NCBI GenBank assembly: GCA_963682135.1
Contig: OY821645.1
Location: 384,001 to 448,000, forward strand
Origin: Methanothrix sp.
GTDB lineage: Archaea > Halobacteriota > Methanosarcinia > Methanotrichales > Methanotrichaceae
DNA: 64,000 nt
Reading direction: 5' to 3'
A program made the translations under genes and the position numbers. Positions 20,795 to 30,709 of the stretch are shown here, piece after piece. Every line of letters begins with the position of its first letter. Position 1 is the stretch's first letter. The notes below the pieces were generated by a model that saw nothing but the letters and a program-made list of their open reading frames with translations, searched no databases and was not told where the DNA came from.

Positions 20795-21550
20795 CTATCT
20801 CTTGAGGCGAGGCCTGATCACATCTCTCTCCTCTGCCATGAATACCGAATCGCCGCCGCTGCGAGGATACTTCAATCCGCGAAAGACAACCGCCGGAGTC
20901 CCGTCTCCGGCTTCGCCCATGAGCAGATTGGCCATTGCTGCGATCTCGTCCACAATGGCCTCTACTGTGATCTCCAGGGCCTTGCCGTGCAGGTCGCAGA
21001 TCCCCCGCCAGTCCCGCAGAGCGGCAATACCCGCCCAACCTATGGCCACACCCGCTACGCCGGTGCGAAAAGGCCTGCCGCAGGTGTCGGTGATGATTAT
21101 CGCGCAGTCCTTGCCCAGGCCGGCGCATAGTCGCTTCGCGCTCCTGCTCGGATCTTCGGGCAGAAGCAGTATGCGCGCGTCTCCCACATTGGACTGATCG
21201 ATGCCGGCGTTAACGCCCACATGCCCAAAGCGAGTCTGTACCAGCAGAAAGGGCTGCTCCAGCATGACCTCCACCGATTCATCCAGGACCGCCTGCACAA
21301 ATCTGGGATCTTTGCCGATATTTCGAGCTATGGCTGTAGCCCTGTCGGTGGGATGATAGCTTTCCAGTTCCCGGAAACGTCCCTCCGATTTGGCCACAAT
21401 GGTGCTGGCCAGACAGAGCACATCGCCATCTTGAAAATCAAAAAGAGATTGCACCAGTAAAGCGATATTATCGCCTTGCTTGATGATAGGCAGGCCGCGA
21501 ATGACATAGCCTTGCAATGATGGCACAGATGGAGCCACGTTTGTTGACAT
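20795..21550 (-). CDS. cofE: Coenzyme F420-0:L-glutamate ligase
   Basis: STIVAKSEG, NAGIDQSN, IITDTCGRPFR and GEAGDGTP motifs. Confidence 0.92.
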   Translation of the reverse strand: MSTNVAPSVPSLQGYVIRGLPIIKQGDNIALLVQSLFDFQDGDVLCLASTIVAKSEGRFRELESYHPTDRATAIARNIGKDPRFVQAVLDESVEVMLEQPFLLVQTRFGHVGVNAGIDQSNVGDARILLLPEDPSRSAKRLCAGLGKDCAIIITDTCGRPFRTGVAGVAIGWAGIAALRDWRGICDLHGKALEITVEAIVDEIAAMANLLMGEAGDGTPAVVFRGLKYPRSGGDSVFMAEERDVIRPRLKR

Positions 21551-21565
21551 CTATCTGTATCTATT

Positions 21566-21799
21566 CTACTTTAACCGTGCCTCAAAAGGCATCTTTCCGA
21601 GGCGATAGAGCCTGGCCTGAACCAGTAGATCGAGAAGATAGGAGTAATTCTCGGCGACGATTGCCGCCCTATCCTCGTTGATCTCTATCCAGGGAAGACC
21701 ACCATATCCTAAGGCATATTCCATCCAGAAGGCCGGCGGAGAGAACTCAAGCAGATACTTGTTCTCCTCATTAAATGTAAGGGTGATCTTCTCTTCCAT
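21566..21799 (-). CDS. Hypothetical protein
   Basis: 77-aa ORF tightly packed between aIF2beta and cofE. Confidence 0.7.
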   Translation of the reverse strand: MEEKITLTFNEENKYLLEFSPPAFWMEYALGYGGLPWIEINEDRAAIVAENYSYLLDLLVQARLYRLGKMPFEARLK

Positions 21800-22429
21800 C
21801 TAAGGCACCTTGCCTGTTCGCTCCACAACCTCGGCGAAGGCCAAAGTGCCGCTGATCTTCTTAATCTTGGCCTTAACGATCTCGCCCTTGACGGCGCTGG
21901 GCACGAAGATGAGGTACTTATCCACCTTGGCTATGCCATCGCCCTTATTGCCCACGGACTCGATGCGTAGCTCATAGGTCTCCCCCTCTTCGATGAGATC
22001 CTTTTGTACGATTGTGGTGGCCTTTCTCTTTCTAACCGGCCGATGAGCGCCACAGGCATCACACTTGAGTGTAAGAACACGATCGCTCTTGAGGAGGTGG
22101 GTATCGGGCAGCCTGCACTCTGTGCAGACTACATATTCCTCGAAATAGGACTCTATCTGGCGGGCGATGGCAGTCTCGCCGAACTTTCCCTGAAAGACGC
22201 CGCGCTGCCCTTCGATCTTGCCAGCTGTGCCCATCTCCTGGAGCAGATACTTCATGAGGTGCTCCGGTTCGCGATTTAGAGTGTCCGCGATGCTCCCGAA
22301 GTTCTCGAGGACGGTGGTCTTGCCTTCGTAAAAGACCTTGACGGAAGGTATGACGAACCGCTCCTTGGACTCCCGAGTGGCCGGCATCTTCTTTATGGCC
22401 CGATCCAGGCCCGCTAAATAATCATCCAT
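21800..22429 (-). CDS. eif2b: Translation initiation factor aIF-2 beta with C-terminal TRAM domain
   Basis: [27 protein letters not shown] and CDACGA Zn ribbon; TRAM-like C-terminus. Confidence 0.92.
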   Translation of the reverse strand: MDDYLAGLDRAIKKMPATRESKERFVIPSVKVFYEGKTTVLENFGSIADTLNREPEHLMKYLLQEMGTAGKIEGQRGVFQGKFGETAIARQIESYFEEYVVCTECRLPDTHLLKSDRVLTLKCDACGAHRPVRKRKATTIVQKDLIEEGETYELRIESVGNKGDGIAKVDKYLIFVPSAVKGEIVKAKIKKISGTLAFAEVVERTGKVP

Positions 22430-22442
22430 CCAGATACCTTAA

Positions 22443-22958
22443 TTATTTTATCAGTTCTTGACCCGAATCTACTATGATCTGAATCGGCGTTGGCAATTTA
22501 TGCCCTGCTCTCGTCAATGCTACCTTAGCATCGTTAAGGTATGCAGGAGGTATTCCCACTGTAAAGAGCTTCTGGCCTGCTTCGACCCTGGCCGCAGTTC
22601 CTACAGCCTTGCCAAAAGCCATCCTCATGCCGCTGGAGACACGGTCGGCGCCTGCGCCCGTTGCCTGCTTATTCTCTCGGATGACATGGTGAGGATAAGT
22701 CCTCAGCTTGAGGTGGAAATTGGTTCTGCCTACTACTTTCATGAGGTAACGGTTAGCCGAGACTCTGGCTGCTTCAAGAGCGGTATGCCTGATTTGACAA
22801 GGCTCCTTGACTACCAGAGTTAGCTGGATGGGAAAATCTTCAGTCAAATTTCCCATATCATAGTGTACTACTTTACTTCCAGGAACGCCGCCCATGTATC
22901 TTCTGCGCGTGTAGGGCCGTTCTCTCCTTCTATACATGCTTGCTGGCTTGCGTGTCAA
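22443..22958 (-). CDS. rpl10e: 50S ribosomal protein L10e (uL16)
   Basis: [12 protein letters not shown] and [24 protein letters not shown] motifs. Confidence 0.96.
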   Translation of the reverse strand: MTRKPASMYRRRERPYTRRRYMGGVPGSKVVHYDMGNLTEDFPIQLTLVVKEPCQIRHTALEAARVSANRYLMKVVGRTNFHLKLRTYPHHVIRENKQATGAGADRVSSGMRMAFGKAVGTAARVEAGQKLFTVGIPPAYLNDAKVALTRAGHKLPTPIQIIVDSGQELIK

Positions 22959-23034
22959 AACGAAATTCCTCCAATAATCCTGAGATTGGTGCTACTATGC
23001 ACCTTGCTTATAAGGTTTGGCCTAATTTCCCGCC

Positions 23035-24318
23035 TTACACCGTGATAGGGGTGGAGTGAGATATCTCCCCGGCAAGAGGCTTCTTCATGAGGATTCGGAT
23101 ATCTTCCGGACTCTTTGCATTTGCGACTGTCCACATGAGCTTGACCAGGGCCATCTCGGGCAGCATATCCTCGCCCTCAATCGCTCCTGCATCCAGCATG
23201 TAGCGCCCCGTATCGTATACCCGATCGCATATTCTGCCTCGCAGGCATTGCGAGGTAATCACCACGGGAATATCCTCCTCTGTGGCCCTCTTAATGCTGT
23301 CTATCCAGTCGGATGCCACATGACCAAGGCCTGTACCCTCCAGTACTATGCCGCGATAGCCTTTATCAATATAATAGTTCAAGATCTCCGGCGAAGATCC
23401 GGGTGTGTATTTGACCAGAGCGCAGTGGGACTCAAGCTTGTCCATAACCTCCAACTCCACCTCGCCGCGTCGCCGGTAAGGCTGGAAGGTCTGAATCTTT
23501 CTGGTGAGGTAGTCCACCTTTCCAATCGGCACCTGATTTATGCTCTGGAAGGCGTCCCGACGGGAGGTATGCATCTTTCGCACCCTTGTCCCTCGGTGAA
23601 TTGCGCAGTAGTCGTCGCTGGTTGTGCCGTGCATCACCACACAGACCTCAGCAATGTCGCTGATGGCGACAGTTGCCGCACAGACGGCATTCATGGAGGC
23701 ATCGCTGCTGGGCCGGTCGGAGCTCCTCTGCGAGCCGACTATAACTACGGGCACCGGTGTCTTCAGCATGAAGGAGAGCGCCGCCGCGGTATACATCATG
23801 GTATCCGTGCCGTGGGTTATGATCACGCCCTCTGCGCCGGAACGAATCTCCTCGGCAACAGATTGCGCGAGCTTCATCCAGTATTCGGCGCGCATGTTCT
23901 CGCTCAAGATCTGATAGATGACACGTGCACGGTAGTTCGCGATCTCTTCCAGCTCCGGGATGGCGGATATGATCTCGCCTGCGGAGAACTGGCTGGTGAC
24001 GGCTCCCGTGCGATAATCGACCTTGCTGGCAATTGTCCCTCCGGTGGATAGAATAGAAACCTCGGGGAGGCCCTCTCTAGACTGCAAAGGCCTGATGCTG
24101 CCTTTTGGCTTGCTTTCCTGGCTCTTTTGCAGGAGCTGTATCTCGCACTCAGCGGCACATAAACCTATATTATAGCCGTTGTCCAGCTTCATGACCAGGT
24201 ATCCTTCGCGCCGACAAGGCATGAGCACACCCTCATAGCGTGTATCTTTCCTCTTTACGGAGATTCTGTCTCCAAGTTCCATTTTTAACTCACCAGGGTC
24301 CGCATTAACCCTTCTCAT
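23035..24318 (-). CDS. gatD: Glu-tRNA(Gln) amidotransferase subunit D
   Basis: [32 protein letters not shown] and [12 protein letters not shown] motifs. Start may be at 24282. Confidence 0.95.
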   Translation of the reverse strand: MRRVNADPGELKMELGDRISVKRKDTRYEGVLMPCRREGYLVMKLDNGYNIGLCAAECEIQLLQKSQESKPKGSIRPLQSREGLPEVSILSTGGTIASKVDYRTGAVTSQFSAGEIISAIPELEEIANYRARVIYQILSENMRAEYWMKLAQSVAEEIRSGAEGVIITHGTDTMMYTAAALSFMLKTPVPVVIVGSQRSSDRPSSDASMNAVCAATVAISDIAEVCVVMHGTTSDDYCAIHRGTRVRKMHTSRRDAFQSINQVPIGKVDYLTRKIQTFQPYRRRGEVELEVMDKLESHCALVKYTPGSSPEILNYYIDKGYRGIVLEGTGLGHVASDWIDSIKRATEEDIPVVITSQCLRGRICDRVYDTGRYMLDAGAIEGEDMLPEMALVKLMWTVANAKSPEDIRILMKKPLAGEISHSTPITV

Positions 24319-24444
24319 TCTATGCTAGGCATCTAAAAACGTTGCCCTTGAATTGAATAGATCGCGTTAGAGAAGCGGCTCGGCCAAATCTTCATCGGTT
24401 AAGCCTTTATCACAATAAGAAGTAAACTGCAGAGGCGATTAGTA

Positions 24445-25281
24445 ATGCACAGATGGGACCCGAGAGTATATGAGAAGAGTTCGTCCGCCCAGCAGAAATG
24501 GGCACAGGAACTTCTATCCAGGATCTCTGTCCGAGGAGATGAACAGATTCTCGATATCGGATGTGGAGATGGCAAAATCACAGCAGAAATTGCACTCCTT
24601 GTCCCCAAGGGATCTGTCATGGGCCTCGACAATTCCGTGGAGATGCTCGGCTTTGCTAGGCTACGGTTTCCGCCTTCGAGCCAGCCTAACCTATCTTTCC
24701 AATATGGAGACGCTTCGCAATTGAAGTATGAAAATGAGTTCGATCTCGTTCTCTCTTTTGCATGCCTCCATTGGGTGCAGGATCATGGACCGGTTCTGGA
24801 GGGGATCAAACGCAGCCTCAAGAATGATGGTAAGGTCTTAATGCAGTTCGGAGGCAGGGGCAATGCTGCCGCGATCCTGGAGGTTGTAAATGGGCTTATT
24901 TCTGAGGAGAAATGGTCCGGGTACTTCGAAGGTTTCTGGTTTCCTTATGGCTTATTCGGCCCTGACGAGTATCGGATCTGGGTTGAACGTGCGGGCCTGA
25001 GCGTCTTGAGGGTGGAGCTGGTAGCAAAGGATATGGTCCAGAGGGGACGAGAGGGTTTGATCTCTTGGTTCAAGACTACATGGCTGCCATATATCGAAAA
25101 AATACCAGAGGATTTACGAATGGATTTTATCAGCGAAGTGGTTGATCGGTATATCCGGGTACATCCTCTCGATGACGAGGGAAATGTTCATGTCGGGATG
25201 GTAAGGCTGGAAGTGGAAGCCGAAAAGAATCTGAGGAAAATTGGCGGGATTAGAAATGATCAATTTTGTTACCAGCAATAA
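24445..25281 (+). CDS. Class I SAM-dependent methyltransferase (Tam-like)
   Basis: WDPRVY..SS.Q, ILDIGCGDGKIT and SFACLHWVQDH motifs. Confidence 0.88.
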   Translation: MHRWDPRVYEKSSSAQQKWAQELLSRISVRGDEQILDIGCGDGKITAEIALLVPKGSVMGLDNSVEMLGFARLRFPPSSQPNLSFQYGDASQLKYENEFDLVLSFACLHWVQDHGPVLEGIKRSLKNDGKVLMQFGGRGNAAAILEVVNGLISEEKWSGYFEGFWFPYGLFGPDEYRIWVERAGLSVLRVELVAKDMVQRGREGLISWFKTTWLPYIEKIPEDLRMDFISEVVDRYIRVHPLDDEGNVHVGMVRLEVEAEKNLRKIGGIRNDQFCYQQ

Positions 25282-25789
25282 GGGAAAGTTTGCGGAAGCT
25301 CGGGCCATCCTAGAGGATCTCGTGCAAAGGGACATCGGCTATGCTGAGATTCAGGCGGACACTTTGGAAGAGGTGGCTCTTTATGGCATGAAAGAGGTCA
25401 GAGGCCGCTTGGAGGGGCCGGTAATGCTCGAAGACGCCGGCCTTTTCGTGCAGGCTCTACAGGGATTTCCGGGCGTTTATTCAGCATATGTGCAAAAGAC
25501 GATAGGCAACGCCGGGATACTGCGGCTCATGGAGGGCCAGGAGAATCGATCGGCGTACTTCAAATCGGTGGTTGCCTACGCAGAGCCGGGCATGGAAACC
25601 GTAATGTTCTCAGGAGAGGTGCACGGGCAGATCGGTTTTGAGGCGCGAGGCAATAAGGGATTTGGCTATGACCCTATCTTTTATGTAGAAGATGTGAGTT
25701 TGGCAGAGATGGAGCTGGAGAAGAAGAATCAAATATCTCATCGCGCCAAATCCATGCGCGCTCTTAAAGAGTGGCGGCGTAGCCGGTAA
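25256..25789 (+). CDS. rdgB: XTP/dITP diphosphatase (Ham1 family)
   Basis: FVTSNKGK, EDAGL, FPGVYS, GFGYDPIF and KNQISHR motifs. Confidence 0.93.
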   Translation: MINFVTSNKGKFAEARAILEDLVQRDIGYAEIQADTLEEVALYGMKEVRGRLEGPVMLEDAGLFVQALQGFPGVYSAYVQKTIGNAGILRLMEGQENRSAYFKSVVAYAEPGMETVMFSGEVHGQIGFEARGNKGFGYDPIFYVEDVSLAEMELEKKNQISHRAKSMRALKEWRRSR

Positions 25790-26083
25790 ATTTTTTTAAT
25801 CGATTCCGGATCTGCCACATAATCTGCGTGTGGCATAAATTTATATAGTAATAATATACAGTTACTGTAATGGGCAACTTTGATATTGTGAATAGGCCGG
25901 AATGTTATACAATACTCATCTAAGTAGATGATGCGAATTCAATAGTAACTAATAATATAATATTTATGTTATATTAAGTAACGAAGTGAAAAATAATAGT
26001 CCGACCACTGCGGCAAAATTATGGACGGATTAGCTGGTCGCAATCGTCTATATGGAGGCAGGGTTATCTGTAGTAATTAGGAG

Positions 26084-26219
26084 ATGTTGGTGATGGATTA
26101 TATCTCGATTTCCTTGGCGCTCGTTGGATGTCTGCTCCTTTGGTGGTCGTTTCTGGCAGTCTCCGGATTGAAGAGATCCAAGTTATGCGAGGAAAGCCAT
26201 TTTCAGATCTATCAAAAAT
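26084..26219 (+). CDS. Small membrane protein whose 3' end abuts the IS200 insertion
   Basis: GGAG upstream and a hydrophobic N-terminus. Excising the IS restores ...YQK-TAA. Confidence 0.35.
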
Positions 26220-26941
26220 CAAACTGCACGCGGCCACCCCACCCTAAAGGGATGGGGTATGCTTCGGGCCGCGCGCACGCCCGGTTAGCTGGAGATCAGA
26301 AATCATCGAGTCTTCTTTGACCAAATTCCTTTGACCTGCAAAATCCCGGCTCTGCTTTTGTTTTCCCTTGTGATTCCTTAATGTAGTGCTGTATTGTATC
26401 AGCGGTCACATTTCCGACGGATCGAAAGAATTTACCACTTGACCACAAGCTTCCGCCCCAAAATCTTTTTTTCAATTCGGGATGAAGCTTGAACATTCTA
26501 TATGAACTGCCTCCTTTCAAAAATTGAACTACTCTTGATAGAGAAGAATTCGGATGGAATTCCAGGAACAAGTGAACATGATCGTCTACAATTTCCATTG
26601 CATGAATTTTATAGCCTTGCTCCATGCAAATTTTGTTGAGAATTAGCTCGCAATCCTTTTTAACTCGCTTGTCATAGAATATCTTGTATCGATACTTTGG
26701 CACTAATACGATGTGGTAGGTAATTTGACCATAGCCATGGCTAAAACTGCGCAATTCCAACGCGTATCACATCCTAGCCATAGGTGGGTGGCACCACCTG
26801 TGGCTAAAGTGCCAAATACGATTTCATTTTTAAAGAAGCAACGGTTGATCGATATAAGTTAACGCAAAAAACGGCGAGGGTTCACTTCATCCCCAACCTG
26901 AAGGTTGGGGTATTCGTGACCCTCTGCACTCCCGATGTAAT
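26220..26941. mobile_element. IS200/IS605-family element carrying tnpA only
   Basis: Subterminal hairpins CCCCACCC-taaa-GGGATGGGG (about 26237-26257) and CCCCAACC-tgaa-GGTTGGGG (26891-26910). Ends defined by homology with the mini copy at 51361-51526. Confidence 0.85.
26296..26760 (-). CDS. tnpA: IS200/IS605 HUH (Y1) transposase
   Basis: YHIVLVPKYR, DHVHL (HUH), LKGGSS and YIKESQ motifs. Confidence 0.95.
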   Translation of the reverse strand: MELRSFSHGYGQITYHIVLVPKYRYKIFYDKRVKKDCELILNKICMEQGYKIHAMEIVDDHVHLFLEFHPNSSLSRVVQFLKGGSSYRMFKLHPELKKRFWGGSLWSSGKFFRSVGNVTADTIQHYIKESQGKTKAEPGFCRSKEFGQRRLDDF

Positions 26942-26964
26942 AAAAATAATTAATTTAGCAGATT

Positions 26965-27225
26965 TTACGGTCGTTTCTTCTCCAGGGCGCAGCGCGGCAG
27001 CATTTTGTCATCAATTGCTTTGATGTAGGGCGCCTGGACAGCCGAAATATAGACTTTACGCTCTCCTATTAATATTACCTGATCTGTTGGCTTAGGCGGG
27101 CTGATTCTGATAGAGAACATCAGGGGCCCTTCACAAGTAGTGGCGACGCGAAGGTCGGTAGAGCGGGCACGGATATACTCTTCCATCTCCGGAGTGATCT
27201 TGAGGGAAAGGGGTTTCGCGGTCAT
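26965..27225 (-). CDS. Hypothetical protein
   Basis: 86-aa ORF with host-like composition. Confidence 0.65.
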   Translation of the reverse strand: MTAKPLSLKITPEMEEYIRARSTDLRVATTCEGPLMFSIRISPPKPTDQVILIGERKVYISAVQAPYIKAIDDKMLPRCALEKKRP

Positions 27226-27309
27226 TGCAGGTTAGATTTCTCAAGCATATATTTAGGGTTTTGTTCCGGCCCAAAATGGTTATATCTATATTTTCCGTTC
27301 TTAATAGTC

Positions 27310-27861
27310 ATGAAAGTACGGAATAATGGATTTAAAATGGCAATGCTTCTTGGCATCTTCCTATTGCTGGCCTCGGTTGCAGACTCTCAGATGAACCGGG
27401 ACAGCCCCTTTTTGGGAAGCAAGCTTCCTCGGACGGATGATCAGAACATAGTTGGTCAGGGTCGGCTGTCAGGTTCTCCAATCGAGATCTCTGCCCCCTT
27501 CAATAATCAACCCGTCTCTGACTTGTCGATATCTGCAGATCCGAACAATACCACCTGCAATCTGGTCTCATTCCTGCTGACGATAACTCCGTCTCCCAGC
27601 GGCTCTACCGGATATCAGCCGGTAAAGGTAAGAGTGCTGGAAAACCGTCAGGGAACGCCCACCGCGGTTGCTGAACTCACTCTTCTCATGCCGGTCACGG
27701 GCGGCTTTCTGCATGAGACAATCGGCTTTTCCAGCGCAGCTTCGCCGGCTGGAGGCAGCCGTACAAACGAGATCACAGTGACGGCAGATCCGGACAATCA
27801 AATCCCGGAGACAAATGAGGGAAACAATGGCTTCACCATCAGCGGAACTTGTTTGAATTAG
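27310..27861 (+). CDS. Secreted protein with CARDB-like Ig domain
   Basis: Signal peptide; ITVTADPDNQIPETNEGNN CARDB signature. Confidence 0.75.
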   Translation: MKVRNNGFKMAMLLGIFLLLASVADSQMNRDSPFLGSKLPRTDDQNIVGQGRLSGSPIEISAPFNNQPVSDLSISADPNNTTCNLVSFLLTITPSPSGSTGYQPVKVRVLENRQGTPTAVAELTLLMPVTGGFLHETIGFSSAASPAGGSRTNEITVTADPDNQIPETNEGNNGFTISGTCLN

Positions 27862-27970
27862 TGCATAGGCTAGGATAGTAAGAGCCATCCAGTCCTTTCT
27901 TCTTCCTAAAAACAACAATAATTTTTTAAATTAGAACGTCTAGTAAGGATGTTATATCGGGGAATGAAGC

Positions 27971-28234
27971 ATGAAACTAATAATAGATGACTCAAATGCA
28001 GATTTGGCTGCTCTCTTAGGCTCTATTAGAATCTTGGCACCGGAACTGTGGGGATCAGGTCGGCGCAGTCTTATTCTTCCCAAAGAATTAGGTGATTTGG
28101 AGAAACCGGAGTATCTGGAGCAAGTAAAGGGAAAAATCGAGAAAATAAAGCAGCTGCATGATATGCTTGAAGCCGGTTTAATAACTCAAGCCCAGTATCT
28201 ATCCAGAAAAGCTAAGATCCTTTCAGGGATGTGA
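27971..28234 (+). CDS. SHOCT-domain protein
   Basis: C-terminal IKQLHDMLEAGLITQAQYLSRKAKIL. Confidence 0.72.
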   Translation: MKLIIDDSNADLAALLGSIRILAPELWGSGRRSLILPKELGDLEKPEYLEQVKGKIEKIKQLHDMLEAGLITQAQYLSRKAKILSGM

Positions 28235-28431
28235 TCATGTCCAGCTGCGTTTCGTCATCCGCCGCGATTGATGAAAATGCAGCAATGATATGTTGGGCCT
28301 GAAGCTGAACCGTTTCGCTTTCCAGCTCCGGTTACCTGGGCTCTCTGCAGAAGATATCTCTTTAGGAACAAATGATCAATCTTCAAAGAGAAGGGGCAGG
28401 TTAATAAATAGTGGCTGCATAAGGTTAATAG

Positions 28432-28680
28432 ATGGAAATGTCTGAAGATGAAAAGCCCACTACAAGACAATCATTGCCACAATTTATTCCCAAATTCAAA
28501 GGCAAGAAAGTCATAATTCGTCTGATCTCAGGGGGCCAGCCGGTCACTGGAACTATTGACTCGTTTAACTCTTATGAGATCCTTCTCTTGACTGCGAAGG
28601 GTGAGATATTGGTCTTCAAGCACGCCATTGCCACCATTGAGATCGTGGATGAGCCGCGAGGTTATAAGCCAAATCTCTAA
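28432..28680 (+). CDS. hfq: Hfq-like Sm-fold RNA chaperone
   Basis: KVIIRLISG..VTGTIDSFNSYEILL...ILVFKHAIATI: Sm1 plus the Hfq-type [Y/F]KHAI Sm2 motif. Confidence 0.8.
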   Translation: MEMSEDEKPTTRQSLPQFIPKFKGKKVIIRLISGGQPVTGTIDSFNSYEILLLTAKGEILVFKHAIATIEIVDEPRGYKPNL

Positions 28681-28748
28681 TTTTTTTTAAAATTATTCCT
28701 GGCTGTAACGAATATCATTATTTACTATTGGGTGCATGTAAGAATTAC

Positions 28749-29492
28749 ATGAGCCTGAAGGTTACAATGCTGGGAACGGGCGTGGGCATCCCCCAGCCCG
28801 GACGCTCCCAGGCGGCGGTATTAGTGGAGAACGATAGGGCTCTGCTCCTGGATTGCGGAGCGGGCACTCTCCTGCGCCTGGACGAGGTGGGGGTCGACCT
28901 GGAAGTGCTGGACAGCGTGTTGCTCACGCACCTTCATTTGGACCACGTCTCCGATCTGTTGGCTCTGGCCAATGCCCGTTTTCTGGCAGATATGCCCGGC
29001 CTGCAAATCTTCGGGCCGCAGGGTACTGAGGTCTATTTTAAGAGCGCTCGGAGCCTCTACCCGAACCTCGGGAAGATGAGTGCAGCAGTGCAGGAGCTCA
29101 AACCCATGGATTCTTTCACCCTGAAGGGTTTTGACATTTTTGCCGAGGAGGCGCGCCACAGTGTGACGGCTCTCGCCTACCGATTGGAGTCAGAGGAAAA
29201 GGTAATAGTCTACTCCGGAGACACACAGCCCTGCCCGCGCGTGGCAGCTCTTGCTAAGGAAGCCGACCTGCTCATTCATGAGTGCTCCTTTCCTGAGCCC
29301 TTTGATGTCACCAACCACACCACACCCAAGAAGCTGGGCAGCATGATCAAGAACCAGGGGATCAAGCGCGTGGTACTCACCCACCTCTATCCGCAGGCAC
29401 AGGGATGCGAGGACGAGATGGCCGAACAGGTGATTGAGCTGTCCGGAGCGCCGACCATAGTTGGCTGGGATATGATGAGCGTGGTAATTTGA
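28749..29492 (+). CDS. MBL-fold metallohydrolase (RNase Z/BN-like)
   Basis: LGTG, DCGAG, THLHLDH, YSGDT, LIHECS and LTHLY motifs. Confidence 0.85.
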   Translation: MSLKVTMLGTGVGIPQPGRSQAAVLVENDRALLLDCGAGTLLRLDEVGVDLEVLDSVLLTHLHLDHVSDLLALANARFLADMPGLQIFGPQGTEVYFKSARSLYPNLGKMSAAVQELKPMDSFTLKGFDIFAEEARHSVTALAYRLESEEKVIVYSGDTQPCPRVAALAKEADLLIHECSFPEPFDVTNHTTPKKLGSMIKNQGIKRVVLTHLYPQAQGCEDEMAEQVIELSGAPTIVGWDMMSVVI

Positions 29493-29514
29493 TCTCTATT
29501 CGAGTATTTTGTTT

Positions 29515-30339
29515 TCAGGATTTTAGTTCCCGCGCCTTCTCATAGCTCTCGTTGGCTTCCTTGTATCTGCCCATTTTCTCCAGGGCATAAGCTCTCTCCT
29601 TCCAGGCCAGGACATTGGACTGATTGCGCGAGAGAATGTCGTCGTATGACTCGACGGCTTTGTCCCATCTTCCCATGCTGGCAGCGATATCAGCGTTGTT
29701 AAAACCATCCCGGTCCCGGCCTGCGTCCCCCTTGAGGTAATCCTCCGCCCCGAAGAACAGAAGGCCGGCGAACATGAGGATGATGGTCATCAGAGCTATT
29801 CCCACAAGTATTACGCTCACAAATAGTGCCTGATCGATGGGTTTCCTATCCGCACGATCTTCCTTCATGTTGCTCTGACCAAGAATGGACCTCAGCTGCT
29901 CTGGAGTGATCACGGCCAGGAGACCGGCGACTGTGAGCAGCACCCCCGGAGGAATCCACATGACCCATCCCAGAAAGCCCAGGAAAGGAATCCAGGCGAT
30001 GTATCCTACTGGAAAGCCAAAAAGCCCGCAGCCGAGGAGAAGCCATGCTACTCTCTTCCTGTCTTTGGTGTAGAGAAATGCGCCCGCAATTCCCAGCGAG
30101 CCCAGCAGCAGGAACACGATGCCTCCAATCTGGCTCAAATCGCTCCAGCCAGAGGGGATGTGGGATGACGAGCCGCCTATCATCGAGGCCAGGAGATCAA
30201 AAGCTGCTATGAGCAAAGCAGCCAGACCCCCCAGGAAGGCCAGGATTTGGATGGTAAGTCGGCCCAGTCGGTCGTCGTCTGGCTGCGATGCCTGTTTTTC
30301 CGTGGATTTCAAATTCAACTCGTCATATTGCAGGTCCAT
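29515..30339 (-). CDS. Membrane protein with C-terminal TPRs
   Basis: About 5 hydrophobic segments, then AWKERAYALEKMGRYKEA TPR. Confidence 0.75.
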   Translation of the reverse strand: MDLQYDELNLKSTEKQASQPDDDRLGRLTIQILAFLGGLAALLIAAFDLLASMIGGSSSHIPSGWSDLSQIGGIVFLLLGSLGIAGAFLYTKDRKRVAWLLLGCGLFGFPVGYIAWIPFLGFLGWVMWIPPGVLLTVAGLLAVITPEQLRSILGQSNMKEDRADRKPIDQALFVSVILVGIALMTIILMFAGLLFFGAEDYLKGDAGRDRDGFNNADIAASMGRWDKAVESYDDILSRNQSNVLAWKERAYALEKMGRYKEANESYEKARELKS

Positions 30340-30709
30340 TTTATTACCACCGAGAGCCAGGAATCTGGGGGCTTGTCCTTCTCATTACCAAACGATACAA
30401 GATATTTCTATCCACTTAATGTTATCGTTAGCTGCTATTTTGGCGGGATTGAACGCGGATTTGGTTTGTAATCTGCGGATTGCTGATATGGTCCAGTGAA
30501 AGCGCGCGTTATCAGTTATCCCACGCATCAATCATATAACTGCTATCAGGCATAAACTCTTGCTGGACGAGTGCATTCTGTGCCCAGTGAATGAAGTCGA
30601 CGAAATCGGAAAAATTATGGGGCGATACTATTGTTTTGGTCTTAACTCTTAACGTCAACTTGATATATAATAGCAAGTTAAGCATTGACCGTTTAAGTGA
30701 GGGACAAGA

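Noticed and set aside
20763-21128. N-terminal 120 aa of the 330-aa track ORF
   Set aside because: Overlaps cofE in another frame; CofC homology starts near 20762.
23056-24051. 331-aa plus-strand ORF
   Set aside because: Antisense shadow of gatD.
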